Part shown: positions 36,366-48,009 of the stretch, piece by piece
Layout: each line of letters starts with the position of its first letter
Position numbering within the stretch: position 1 is the stretch's first letter
Made by a program: the position numbers and the translations under genes
The notes under the pieces: generated by a model
What the model saw: only the letters and a program-made list of their open reading frames with translations
Told to the model about the DNA's origin: nothing
Databases searched by the model: none
Source: Squalus acanthias
Lineage: Eukaryota
NCBI GenBank assembly: GCA_030390025.1
Contig: CM059432.1
Coordinates: 8,494,001-8,558,000 of the forward strand
Direction of reading: 5' to 3'
Length of the DNA: 64,000 nucleotides

Positions 36366-37107
36366 TTTCCTGCCAGTGCGAATCTGTAACCCAATCATTC
36401 AGAAGAAATGCTGCAAATTTAAACTTTTACACAAAATAAATGATCTGTATCAAAGACTAATGTATGATAAAAAAAATATTTACGGGGTTAATGGCTCTCT
36501 TTAAATAGCGGGCAAAGGTAGTTCAGGCGAGTGAGGTAAGTGTTTGAATGGTAATCATTGCACAGCGTAAATAATGTACTGATTGAAGGACAACTTCTGA
36601 ATTAATAGAAAATACAAACACCAGGAAATAATTAAAAAGGCTGGGCCATTGGGAATTAACGCAATAGAAAAAGGTGCAAAGGAGCAAAATGGGAGGTGCA
36701 AATGCAGCAGGTTTGTAATTCAATAAATCATGAATAGAAAGGCCTTATTTAAAATTCAGGAGTAGCCATTGTCACCTTGCTTTGTATGTGTTTCTTAGTG
36801 TAGGTTTGCTGTGAAAATGTCATTATAATATTACTGGAGTTGGTTGTACTTTGCATACAAATCAGGGTGTTCAAATGTAGACAAATGCAAATTTCTGTAT
36901 TTTAACGACCGAATAATTTATAACAGATCATTAGAGCTCACGAGATTGGGGTCTTCTTCTCACTTCCATTGCCCCCAGGAGAGTAATGGAATGAGTTAAT
37001 TATTCCATTCTAAAAATGAATACTGCACTGAAGTGCATTTATATTATCTGCAAGAAAAAGAGAGACTATTGGTTATAAGTCTACATTTGACACCAGGGTT
37101 GTTCATG

Positions 37108-37442
37108 TTAGAATCACAGAATGATACCGAACATGAAGGAGGCCATTCGGCCCATCGTGCCTGTGCCGGCTCTTTGAAAGAGTTGCCCGATTAGTCCCAC
37201 TCTCTCCCTGCTCTTTCCCCATAGCCCTGCAAATTTCTCCTTTTCAAGTACATTTCATAGAATTTCCAGCACAGAAACAGACCCTTCGGCCGAACTGGTC
37301 CGTGCCGGTGTTTCTGCTCCACACCAGCCTCCTCCCCTCCCTCTTCATCTCACCCTATCATCACATCTCCGGTTCCCCTTTTGAAAGCTACTATTGGACC
37401 TGCTTCCACCGCCCTTTCAGGCAGCGCGTTCCAGATCACAAA
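37108..37442 (-). mobile_element. Nested CR1 3' fragments
   Basis: Two CR1 tails, one (37255-37365) inserted within the other. Confidence 0.7.
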
Positions 37443-37508
37443 TGTTGTTGAGATTAAAATTTCAACAGGAGGTTTCTATCTGTACAGATGTGATAAAATG
37501 ACACCACG

Positions 37509-39600
37509 AGGCCCGATTTTAACCCAGTCCGCCTGCCACGAACGGGGAGGGTGGGAAGTTAGAATTGCAGTCGATTTTTTTACTAACCAAAGGGTTTGTT
37601 CGGGTTGGGGCTCTGCCCCAGACAGGCGGAGGCCAACTCGTCAGTCTAAAGTCATGGCCCGGTGATGTCATCGGCACTGCGACGCAATTTTAACTCGCTG
37701 AAGTGGGTGGCCCGCCCAGCTTAAAACCCACCCGTAAAACGTGGCGGGAATGGTGGTTCACAGACCCACCGACACTGTATATAACAGCGGCAAGCAACGG
37801 CAATGCATTGAGTCATTGGATCTTCTGGTATTCCAGGAGATTCACTTTCTTCCAGATCGCTTCTCCCATGTATTACTTTACCTCAGGCACCCTTTCTCTC
37901 ATCATCATGTGTGCTACTTTTGGATGGATGAAGGAAACGTTGGAGGAAGAAGAGGTGCAGCAGCAGCCTCAGGAGCTTCAGCGAGCAGAAGACACCAGGT
38001 GATGGTAGGAGGCCGCACCCAACACACAAGGTGCACAGGCCCAGTGTAACTGTCCTGGGCCTGTCTGAGTATCAGGGCCTCAGGAGGCTTTGCCTTGCCA
38101 GGCAGGCTGCCTCAGCCATCTGCAACCTCCTGCAAGGGGACTTGCTGCCAGCGGCTCTCAGTCACCACAGCTCTCAACCTCTTCACCACTGGCTCTTTCC
38201 AGTCTGCCGCTGGGGGCATCACTTGCATCTCCCAGTCCGCAGTACAAAGCTGCATCAAGCGGGTCACCATTGCCCCCTTCGTCAGGACTAACCAATGCTT
38301 CATCTTCCCCATTGACCTCAGCAGTCAGCAGGGGATTGGCAGCAGTGGCTGGCTTCCTCCGCACACAAGACGTCATTGACTGCACACACCTTGCCACCAG
38401 GGCACGCGATCACCAGATCACCAGCCTGCAGCATTCGTCAATAGAAAAGGACACCACTCCATATATGTGCAGCTAATGGCCGATCACAGAAACAGGGTCA
38501 TGCAAGCATTGCAGACTGGGAGATGCGAATCATGTCCCCTGCAGCAAAGTATTACAAAGTATTTACAGCACAGAAACAGGCCATTCGGCCCAACAGGTCC
38601 ATGCTCCACACGAGCCTCCTCCCACCCATCTTCATCTCACCCCATCAACATATCCTTCTATTCCTTTCTCCCTCATGTACTTATCTAGCTTCCCCTTAAA
38701 TGCATCTGTGCCATTTCGCCTCAACTACAACTTGTGGTAGCGAGTTCCACATTCTCACCACTCTCTGGGTAAAGAAGTTTCTCCTGAATTCCCTATTGGA
38801 TTTATTAGTGACTATCTTATATTCATGGCCCCTCGTTTTGGCCTCGCCCACAAGTGGAAACATCTTCTCTACGTCTACCCTATCGAACCCCTTTCATAAT
38901 TTAAAAGACCTCTATCAGGTCACCCCTCAGCCTTCTCTTTTCTAGAGAAAAGAGCCCCAGCCTGTTCAGTCTTTCCTGATAGGTAGAACCTCTCAGTTGT
39001 GGTATCTGGTAGCAGACTGGAAAGAGCCAGTGGTGAAGAGGTGGAGGGCTGTGGTGACTGAAAGCCATTGGCAAAGCATGGCTCCCTGGCCCAACAATCA
39101 GCAGGTCCCCTTGCAGGAGCTTGCAAAGTACCCAGGCAGCTGTCAGGATGGATTTTTCCTGAGACACACTAACAAACACTCTCAGTATTTGACCCTGCCA
39201 GGAACGTGGCAGGATGGCTGCTGGGGGACAAGCGATAGCCACCCCCCACCCTCAAACGTGGCCTGTGACGCCCCTCCTTAACCCCAGCACCCCCGAGCAA
39301 CACAGATATAACAGAAGCCCTGGGACCAGTAGGATCGTCATTGAGCACAGCATAGGGATGCTGAACAGGAGGTTCAGGTGTCTCAAAAGGTCTGGTGGCC
39401 CCTGAAGAGTCTTCTTCATAGTCATTGTGTGTTGCATACTTCACAACCTTGCCTGCATATGGAGGAGCTGGAGTAGCAGCAACAGACCTCGTCAGAAGAG
39501 GAGGAAGCAGCAGCATATGAAGGACGGCCACCTCAACGCCTTACAGCAAGAGATGTGAAGGTGCAGCTCATTGCTCAGCACTTCCGATAACCTGCTCACA
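37509..39600 (+). pseudogene. Harbinger transposon left end and HARBI1-like DDE transposase pseudogene (~37907-39560)
   Basis: Starts aggcccgattttaac; across frames: LSEYQGLRRLCL, TTALNLFTTGSFQ..ISQSAV..CIKRVT, VIDCTH (D1), FVNRKGHHSIYVQL, KYPGSCQDGF, GWLLGDK (D2), RYN..RIVIEHSIGML.RRFRCL (E), VCCILHNLA. Confidence 0.9.
38547..39008 (-). mobile_element. CR1 3' end inserted within the transposase pseudogene
   Basis: YQERLNRLGLFSLEKRRLRGDLIEVF; flanked by g[c/t]agca. Confidence 0.85.
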
Positions 39601-39617
39601 GACAACTCCTGTATCAG

Positions 39618-40060
39618 TGTCAGCTGCGGCTCAGTGGGTAGCGCACTCGCCTCTGAGTCAGAAGGTTGTGGGTTCATAGTCCCACTCCAGAGACTTGAGC
39701 ACATAAAGCTAGGCTGACGCCCCAGTGCAGTACTGAAGGAGTGCCGCGCTGTTGGAGGTGCCGTCTTTCGGCTGAGATGTTAAACAGAGGTCCCGTCTGC
39801 CCTCTCAGGTGGATGTTAAAGATCACATGGCACTATTTCGAAGAAGAGCAGGGGAGTTATCCCTGGTGTCCTGGCCAATATTTACCCCTCAACCAATGCA
39901 ACAAAAAAAAACAAATTATCTGGTCATTATCACATTGCTGTTTGTGCGTTTCCCACATTACAACAGTGACTCCACTTCAAAAAGTACTTCATTAGCTGTA
40001 AAGTGCTTTGAGACATCTGGTGGTTATGAAAGGCGCTACACATAAATGCAAGTCTTTCTG
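39618..40060 (+). mobile_element. DeuSINE, near full length
   Basis: Matches 34993-35465. Confidence 0.9.
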
Positions 40061-40477
40061 TTATACTAGGAGGCTGCTATGAGACTACACTGTCGACCAA
40101 AATGCCCAATGTGATGAATTTTAGGCCAAATATAGCACTTGCCTTGAATTCCTCTGTCACCCAAGTGCTTTTACATAGGAATAGGAGTAGGCCATTCAGC
40201 CCCTCGAGTCTGTTCTGCCATTCAATGAGATCATGGCTGATCTGTAGTTCAGCTTCATTTACCTGCCTTTGATCTATAATCCCTTGATACCCTTACCTAA
40301 CAAAAATCTATTGCTTTCAGTTTTTTCTTAAAAGGTTTCCTGAGTCTATTAACCCACTAATGTTCTCCCCTAGTGATCTCAGCAAAGCTGGTGGAAGGCT
40401 GTTGTTCACCATGTTGGAATCCTTCAGAAGTTGGCGGCCGGTGACCTCAGCATGACTGAGCCAGTAAAGGCCTAGCA

Positions 40478-42232
40478 AGAACTTAAGAACATAAGAAATA
40501 GGAGCAGGAGTAGGCCATTCGGCCCTTCGAGTCTGCTCCGCCATTCAATGAGATCATGGCTGATCTTCTGCCTCAACTCCATTCACTGGCCCTATCGCCA
40601 TATCCCTTGATGCCCTTACTAGTCAGAAATCTATCGACTTCTGTTTTGAATATACCCAATGACTGAGCCTCCACAGCCCTCTGGGGTAGAGAATTCCAAA
40701 GATTCATCACCCTCTGTGTGAAGAAATTTCTTCTCATCTCAGTCCTGAATGGCCTACCCTTTATCCTGAGGCTGTGGCCCCTGGTTCTAGACTCCCCAGC
40801 CAAGGGAAACATTCTCCCAGCATCCACCCTATCAAGCCCTGTAATAATTTTGTATGCTTCAATGAGATTCCCTCTCATTCTTCTGAATTCAAGAGAATAC
40901 AGGCCTAGTTTACTCAATCTCTTCTCATACGACAGTCCTGCCATCCCAGGAATCAATCTCGTGAACCTTCGTTGCACTCCCTCTGTGGCAAGTATATCCT
41001 TCCTTAGGTAAGGAGACCAAAATTATACACAGTACTCCAGGTGTGGTCTCACCAAGGCCCTATATAATTGGAGTAAAACTTCTTTACTCCTGTACTCAAA
41101 TCCTCTTGTAATGAAGGCCAGCATACCATTTGCCTTCCTAATGGCTTGCTGCACCTGCACATTCACTTTCAGTGACTCATGTACAAGGACACCCAGGTCC
41201 CTTTGAGCATCTGCATTCCCCAATCTTTCACCATTTAGGAAATACTCTGCCTTTCTGTTTTTATCTACCAAAGTGGATAACTTCACATTTATCCACATTA
41301 TAATCCATCTGCCATGTTCTCGCCCACTCACTGAGCCTGTCGAGATCCCTTGAAGCCTCTTCACATCCTCTTCGCAACTGAAACTGCCACCTAGCTTTGT
41401 GTCATCAGCAAATTTGAAAATGTTACATTTAGTCCACTCATCCAAATCATTGATATAGATTGTGAATAGCTGGGGCCCAAGCATCGATCCTTGCGGTACC
41501 CCACTAGTCACAGCCTGCCATCCTGAAAAAGACCCGTTTATCCCTACTCTTTGTTTTCTGTCTGTTAACCAATTTTCAATCCATGTTAGTATATTACCAC
41601 CAATTCCATGTGCCCTAATTTTGTTCACCAACCTCTTGTGTGGGACCTTATCGAAGGCCTTCTGAAAATCCAAATACGCCACATTTACCGGTTCCCCTTT
41701 GTCTACTCCACTAGTTACATCCTCAAAGAACTCCAATAGGCTTGTCAAACAGGACTTCCCTTTCATAAATCCATGTTGACTCTTCCCAATATTACTATTA
41801 GTTTCTAAGTGCCCAGTTATTGCATCCTTTATAAAAGATTCCAGCATTTTCCCAACTACTGATGTGAGGCTAACAGGTCTGTAGTTCCCCGTTTTCTCTC
41901 TCCCTCCTTTCTTAAATAGCAGGGTTACATTTGCTATCCTCCAATCTGCAGGAACCGTTCCAGAATCTATAGAATTTTGGAAGATGACAACCAATGCGTA
42001 CGCTATCCCAATTGTCACCTCTTTCAAAACCCTAGGATGTAGATCATCCGGTCCTTGGGATTTATCGACTTTTAGTCCCATTAATTTTGCTAGTGCTGTT
42101 TTTTTACTAATAATAATTTCTTTAAGTTTCTCATTCTCGCCACACCCTTGGTTTTCTCATATTTCTGGGAGGTTTTTTGTATCTTCCTCCGTGAAGACAG
42201 AAACAAAGTATTTATTTAATTTCTCCCCCATG
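40478..42232 (-). mobile_element. 5'-truncated CR1 LINE (RT); a further CR1 tail lies at 40172-40325
   Basis: ORFs 41023-42081 and 40573-40977: YLDFQKAFDKV, GVPQGSMLGP, FADDTKL. Confidence 0.95.
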
Positions 42233-42457
42233 ATTACCGTAGAGATTGCTGTTACTCCTTGGCTGCTGTCGGGGAAGCCTGCTGGCCCAGCTGACTGGCT
42301 GGCACCATGAATGGAATTGGTTATGGGTTGGGGGGGCGGTGGGGGTGAGGTGGAGTGGAGCAAAGAGCCGGCGTGCTGATTTTCCGGGATAGTGCCTCAG
42401 GTGCTGCTCCCATGGTGTCACGGCCATTGTCACGGGACTGGGGCTTATTACCTCCAC

Positions 42458-42824
42458 TTTTTTTTAATTCATTCACGGGATGTGGGCGTCGCTGGCAAGG
42501 CCAGCATTTATTGCCCATCCCTAGTTGCCCTTGAGAAGGTGGTGGTGAGCCACCTTCTTGAACCGCTGCAATCCGTGTGGTGAAGGTACTCCCAGAGTGC
42601 TGTTAGGGAGGGAGTTCCAGGATTTTGACCCAGCGACGATGAAGGATCAGCGATATACTTCTAAGTCAGTATGGTGTGTGACTTGGAGGGGAACTTGGAG
42701 GTGGTGGTGTTCCCATGCGCCTGCTGCCCTTGTCCTTCTAGATGGAGGAGGTCGCGGGTTTGGGAGGTGCTGCCGAAGAAGCCTTGGCGAGTTGCTGCAG
42801 TGCATCTTGTAGATGGTACACACT
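42458..42824 (-). mobile_element. LINE-X 3' end
   Basis: VCTIYKMHCSNSPRLL and family tail. Confidence 0.85.
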
Positions 42825-43137
42825 GATCTATGGGAGCCCAGACTGCAGAAGATGAGTGCTTCCTTCAAGGCCCCTTGTCCATTTGGTCTACCACTCCGCT
42901 CCAGGGTGGTGGGCTGTACGATCGTGAATTCAATGGAAATTAAAATGGGAAGAGAGATATAACGAGCAGCTGATCCAATATCTCCCGATTTACACTAAAG
43001 TCAAAACTATCCCCATTGCTTCCAGTCAGTGTCAGGAGGGGAGGATCACTCCCAGCTTCTCAAACTATCGCACAAGTTTACATGTCACAAGTAGCCAACG
43101 TTAGCATGACAGGCACATGTTCCTATCTTTATCCTAT

Positions 43138-43435
43138 TTAGAAACTTAGGAACAGGAGGAGGTCATTCAGCCCCTTCGAGCCTGTTCCGCATTCAACTCG
43201 CTCATGGCTGTTCTGTATCTTAACTCCATCGACCCGTCGTGGTTCTGTAGCCCTTAATACCCTTGTCTAACAAAAAGCCATCAATCTCAGTTTTAAAACT
43301 TTCAGTTGATTTTCAGCCTCAATAGCTTTTTGGCTGAGAGAGTTCCAGATCTCCACTGCCCTTTGTGTGAAGAAGTGCTTCCTGACGTCGCCCCTGAACA
43401 GCCTAGCTCTAATTTTCAGGTAATGTCCCTTATTT
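43138..43435 (-). mobile_element. CR1 3' fragment
   Basis: KGHYLKIRARLFRGDVRKHFFTQRAVEIWNSL. Confidence 0.8.
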
Positions 43436-43947
43436 AATAAGAGTAAAACCAAATATACATGATAAGCAGAAATCTGACAGGTACAACACAGACCTTCAAG
43501 CCATTTTATCAAGTATCAATCCAAAAAAAAAAATGTTTTTCTGCTATTTCCGAGTCTGTCCACGAGTTATACGCCACCCATATCTTTGGTACAATAAGTG
43601 CAGCATCCTTCACCAGCAAGCAATATAGTTTATCTGAAGGAACTTCTCGCCACAGAAAATATTAAGGCTGTAAGATCATCAGGTCTGTCAGTTCATCTCA
43701 GACTCTTACGATGCAGCTAATAGAGAACAGTCAGGGTGGATGGTTTTCCAAACCGCCTCTGAATTGAATAGGTTTCGGCCAACAACCTTGTTCATAAATG
43801 AAGCAGACCAAACTCGCCGGGGCAAATTTTTGTTTTCTCGGCATGGGACTGTAATCGGGAGGCCGCCCGTTCTGGAATCAGCCCGATTTTAGTTCCAGTG
43901 TTGTGAAGATGAAAGTCTACTCCACTGTTACAATTCTACATATAAGG

Positions 43948-45085
43948 GGTATGGTTGTACAGTGGTTATGTTACTGGACTAGTTAATCCAGAAGCCTGGA
44001 CTAATGATCCCAGTAGTATGTGAGTTCAAATCCCATCACTAGCAGCTGGGGAATTTAAATTCAGTTAAATAAATCTGGAATAAACATCTAATATGAATAA
44101 TGATGGCCATGAAACTAATGGATTGTCATATAAAACCCATCTGGTTCACTAATGTTGTTTAGGGAAGGAAATCTGCCGTCCTTACCCAGTCTGGCCTACA
44201 TGTGACTCCAGACCCACAGAAATTTGGAAGCAAATGATATATTGACCTTTATTACAAGAGGTTTTGAGAATAACAGTAAAGATGTCTTACTGCAATTACA
44301 TAGGGCCTTGGTGAGACCACACCCTGGAGTATTTGTGTACAGTTTTGGTCTCCTTACCTAAGGAAGGATATACTTGCCATAGAGGGAGTGCAACGAAGGT
44401 TCACCAGACTGGTTCCTGGGATGGGGGGATTGTCCTATGAGGAGAGATTGAGGAAACTAGGCCTATATTCTCTAGAGTTTAGAAGAATGAGAGGTGATCT
44501 CATTGAAGCATACAAAATTCTTACAGGGCTTGACAGGGTAGATGCAGGGAGGATGTTTCCCCTGGCTGGAGAGTCTAGAACCAGGAGTCACAGTCTCAGA
44601 ATAAGGGGTCGGCCATTTAGGACTGAGATGAGGAGAAATTTCTTCACTCAGAGGGTGCTGAACTTTTAAAATTCTCTAGCCCAGAGCGCTGTGGAGGCTC
44701 AGTTGTTGTGTATATTCAAGACAGAGATCGATAGATTTTTGGATATTAAGGGAATCAAGGGATATGAGGATAGTGCAGGAAAGTGGAGTTGAGGTAGAAG
44801 ATCAGCCATGATCTTATTGAATGGCGGAGCAGGCTCGAGGGCCAAATGGTCTACTCCTGCTTCTATTTCTTATGTTCTTATGTTCTTAATGTGGTTGACT
44901 TTTAACTGCCCTCTGAAATGGCCTAGCAAGCCACTCAGTTTTACCAAACCACTACGAAAAACAATACATGGACTGCAGCGGTTCAAGAAGGCGGCTCACC
45001 ACCACCTTCTCAAAGGGCAATTAGGGATGGGCAATAAATGCTGGCCTTGACAGCGACGCCCACATCCCAGGAACGAATTTTAAAA
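43948..45085 (+). mobile_element. tRNA-derived SINE with a LINE-X 3' tail, interrupted by a plus-strand CR1 (44225-44887)
   Basis: B-box gagttcaaatccc; the body resumes at aatgtggttgact after the CR1; the last ~115 nt match the LINE-X end. Confidence 0.8.
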
Positions 45086-45086
45086 A

Positions 45087-45522
45087 TCGTACAGCACAGA
45101 AGGAGGCCATTTGGCCCTTCGTGCCTGTGCCGGCTGTTTGAAAGAGCTCTCCAATTAGTCCTCTTCCCCTGCTCTTTCCCCGTAGCCCTGTAAATTTTTC
45201 CTTTTCAAGTGTATATCTACTTCCCTTTTGAAAGTTATGATTGAATCCGCTTTCACCATCCTTTCGGGCAGTGCATTCCATATCATAACAATTCACTGCG
45301 TAAAACTATTTGTCCTCATCTTCCCCCCACCCCCGACTTTCTTGCCAATTATCTTAGATCTGTATCCCCTGTTTTTTTAATTAATTCACGGGATGTGGGC
45401 GTCACTGGCAAGGCCAGCATTTATTGTCCATCCCGAATTGCTCTTGAGAAGGTGGTGGTGAGCCGCCTTCTTGAACTGCTGCAGTCCGTGGGGTGAAGGT
45501 ACTCCCACAGTGCTGTTAGGGA
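45087..45522 (-). mobile_element. CR1 3' fragment (45087-45370) and LINE-X tail (45372-45522)
   Basis: Match to other copies in the window. Confidence 0.75.
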
Positions 45523-45527
45523 GCGTT

Positions 45528-46857
45528 ACTGAGTAGGTTGGGCCTATACTCTCTGGACTTTAGAAGAATGAGAGATGATCTCATTGAAACATATAAGACT
45601 CTGAGGGGCATTGACAGGGTAGATGCTGAGAGGTTGTTTCCCCTGGCTGGAGAGTCTAGAACTAGGGGGGCAAAGTCTCTGGATAAGCGGTTGGTCATTT
45701 AAGACTGAGATGAGGAGGAAATACTTCACTCAGAGAGTTGTGAATCATTGGAATACTCTACCCCAGAGGGCTGTGGATGCTGAGTATAATCAAGGCTGAG
45801 ATAGATAGATTTTTTGGGGGGGAAGTTCAGTTGCTTTGCGCCTCCTGTTACTGCCCTAAGAGGGCGCTAATGGGGCACAAAGCAACTAGCGCCTGGGCGC
45901 GGCGTTGTTTGCGCCGCTCGTGAAATTGACCAGTCATTGTGTGGCGGCGCTAAACACTACCGCCACGATCTCCTGTGCCGGCAGATCGTGACGTCAGTTG
46001 AGCGTGCAATGCCCCGGTAGCGCCCCGGAGCGGATATTGAGTGGCGCCCCCTGCCTTACCGTCTGCCGCTAGCAACGACAGGTTGAGGGGAGCGTTTTGC
46101 AGTCAGGAAGGGACTGGGGGAGCGCTATTTAAAGGCGACCGCTTCCTGACTTTTTTTGTCGGCGACATTTTTGCGCCATGCATTCTGAGAGAGAGAGAGA
46201 GAGACTTCTGGAGAGATTCAACGCTGTGTGAAGGAGTTTTGGGTACTGAGCAGCACTTTGCAGGTTCATTTTGATTTGACCTTCCTTGTATCGATTTAGA
46301 AGAGTCTGTGGGGGCTCCACTCTGAGCTCTTTCCCTGGGCCTCTCCATTGTTCTTTCCAGCACATTTGATGTACAGGTCTCTCCAGGCCGAGATTCAAGG
46401 CTGCAATGAGCAGGGTGTGGATGGAAAGCAAGATTGACCCTCCCCTTTAAGAACTGGCCGGCACCAGTGTGTCTGTGTTCCATTGCTGACTGACATCACA
46501 TGAGCTTCGTCAGCGCTCTGAGGTAGCGCCTCGCTCCTCGGCGTTAGCACCTTAAGAGGGGTGCGTAGCACCTAATTTAGCGCTCCAATCACCTCCAGGG
46601 GCGATAGAAGCCAAGTTTGCAGTCGGAGGCGATAACTTGCGCCAGGCACTAAACTTTGCGCCCGGCCGATAATTGCACCCCAAACGGGGCGATACCGAAT
46701 TTCTCCCCCATGGACTCTAGGGGAATCAAGGCTCTTTGAAAGGGCGGGAAGGTGGAGTGAGGTCGAAGATCAGCCATGATCTTATTAAATGGTAGAGCAG
46801 GCTCAAGGGACCATATGGCCTACTCCTGCTCCTATTTCTTATGTTCTTATGTTCTTA
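45528..46857 (+). mobile_element. CR1 3' end split by a family A MITE
   Basis: gatagattttt|ggactctagggg is interrupted at 45816-46709. Confidence 0.85.
45816..46709 (-). mobile_element. Harbinger-type MITE, family A, copy 3
   Basis: Reverse complement of 132-1026; TSD degenerate. Confidence 0.9.
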
Positions 46858-47346
46858 GGATTTTGACCCAGTGAAAATGGAAGAACGGCGATATATTTCC
46901 AAGTCAGGATGGTGTGTAACTTGTAGGGGAACTTGCAGCTGATGGTGTCTCCATGTGCCTGCTGCCCTTGTCCTTCTAGGTGGAAGAGGCCACGGGTTTG
47001 GGAGGTGTTGTCAAAGAAGCCTTGGCGAGTTGCTGCAGTGCATCTTGTAGATGGTACACACTGCAGCCATGGTACGCTGGTGGTGGAGGGAGTGAATGTT
47101 TAAGGTGGTGGATGGGGTGCCGATCAAGCGGGCTGCTTTGTCCTGGATGGTGTCGAGCTTCTTGAGTGTTGTTGGAGCTGTTCTCATCCAGGCAAGTGGA
47201 GAGTATTCCATCACACTCCTTACTTGTGCCTTGTAGATGGTGGAAAGGCTTTGCGGAATCAGGAGGTGAGATACTCGCCACAGAATACCCAGCCTCTGAC
47301 CTGCTCTTGTAGCCACAGTATTTATGTGGCTGGTCCAGTTAAGCTT
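46858..47346 (-). mobile_element. LINE-X fragment
   Basis: ATRAGQRLGILWRVSHLL...TIYKAQVRSVMEY. Confidence 0.85.
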
Positions 47347-48009
47347 CCCTTTTAAGATTCTCTCAGATCACTGCCCCATAAAGTGAATGAATGTATCCAA
47401 TTAATAATTTATCAATATCCATATTCTGTTTTTTTTTAACTGTATGCTTTATTTTGTTGAGATTTACATTGTATTTGAGGTAAATTAACTATTGATTAGT
47501 CTAATAACTTGCTGTATCCTGGTGAACTATGTCACCACCTAGAATCACAAACATTTAGATTACCACCGAGCTTAATAGCCAAGCAATCTAAGAGTAAATG
47601 AGGCCTTTCAAGGCTAACAAAATGTTTTAACTGGTTGCTTTTCCTGTATCATTTCCAACTCACCAGACAACCAGCATTCTGCAATGAGACCACACTTCAT
47701 TACTCTCAAATACTAAGCATAACGTGCAAGCTAATTCAAACACAGCGTGGAAAATAACAAATATTTTTGCCAAGCCAATGGAAATAAAGCATTTCTAGTC
47801 CACCTGAAGAGCATAATACCTCACTTCTGATATCTGAAAAGGGTGCTGGGTGATACAGTGGTTTACCTCACTGCATTACAGAAGATGCCTCAAATATCTG
47901 TCCAATTCTCCCTTAAATGTTCTTGCACTATCTGCCTCCATTGCCTTGCTAGGCAGTCCATTCCACACATTCGCCACCTGCTGCACAAAGTGTTTTGAAT
48001 AGAATTTCC

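Noticed and set aside
36377..36541. Consensus donor GAG|GTAAGT with an upstream acceptor, or a 9-nt microexon
   Set aside because: The 159-nt candidate exon has stops in all three frames, and the microexon lacks a pyrimidine tract.
37907..39560. Domesticated HARBI1 host gene
   Set aside because: Multiple frameshifts, stops and insertions, plus a TIR-like left end, indicate a dead transposon.
43733..43923. Another small MITE (gggtggat...gtctactcc)
   Set aside because: The TIR match is too weak and there is no TSD.
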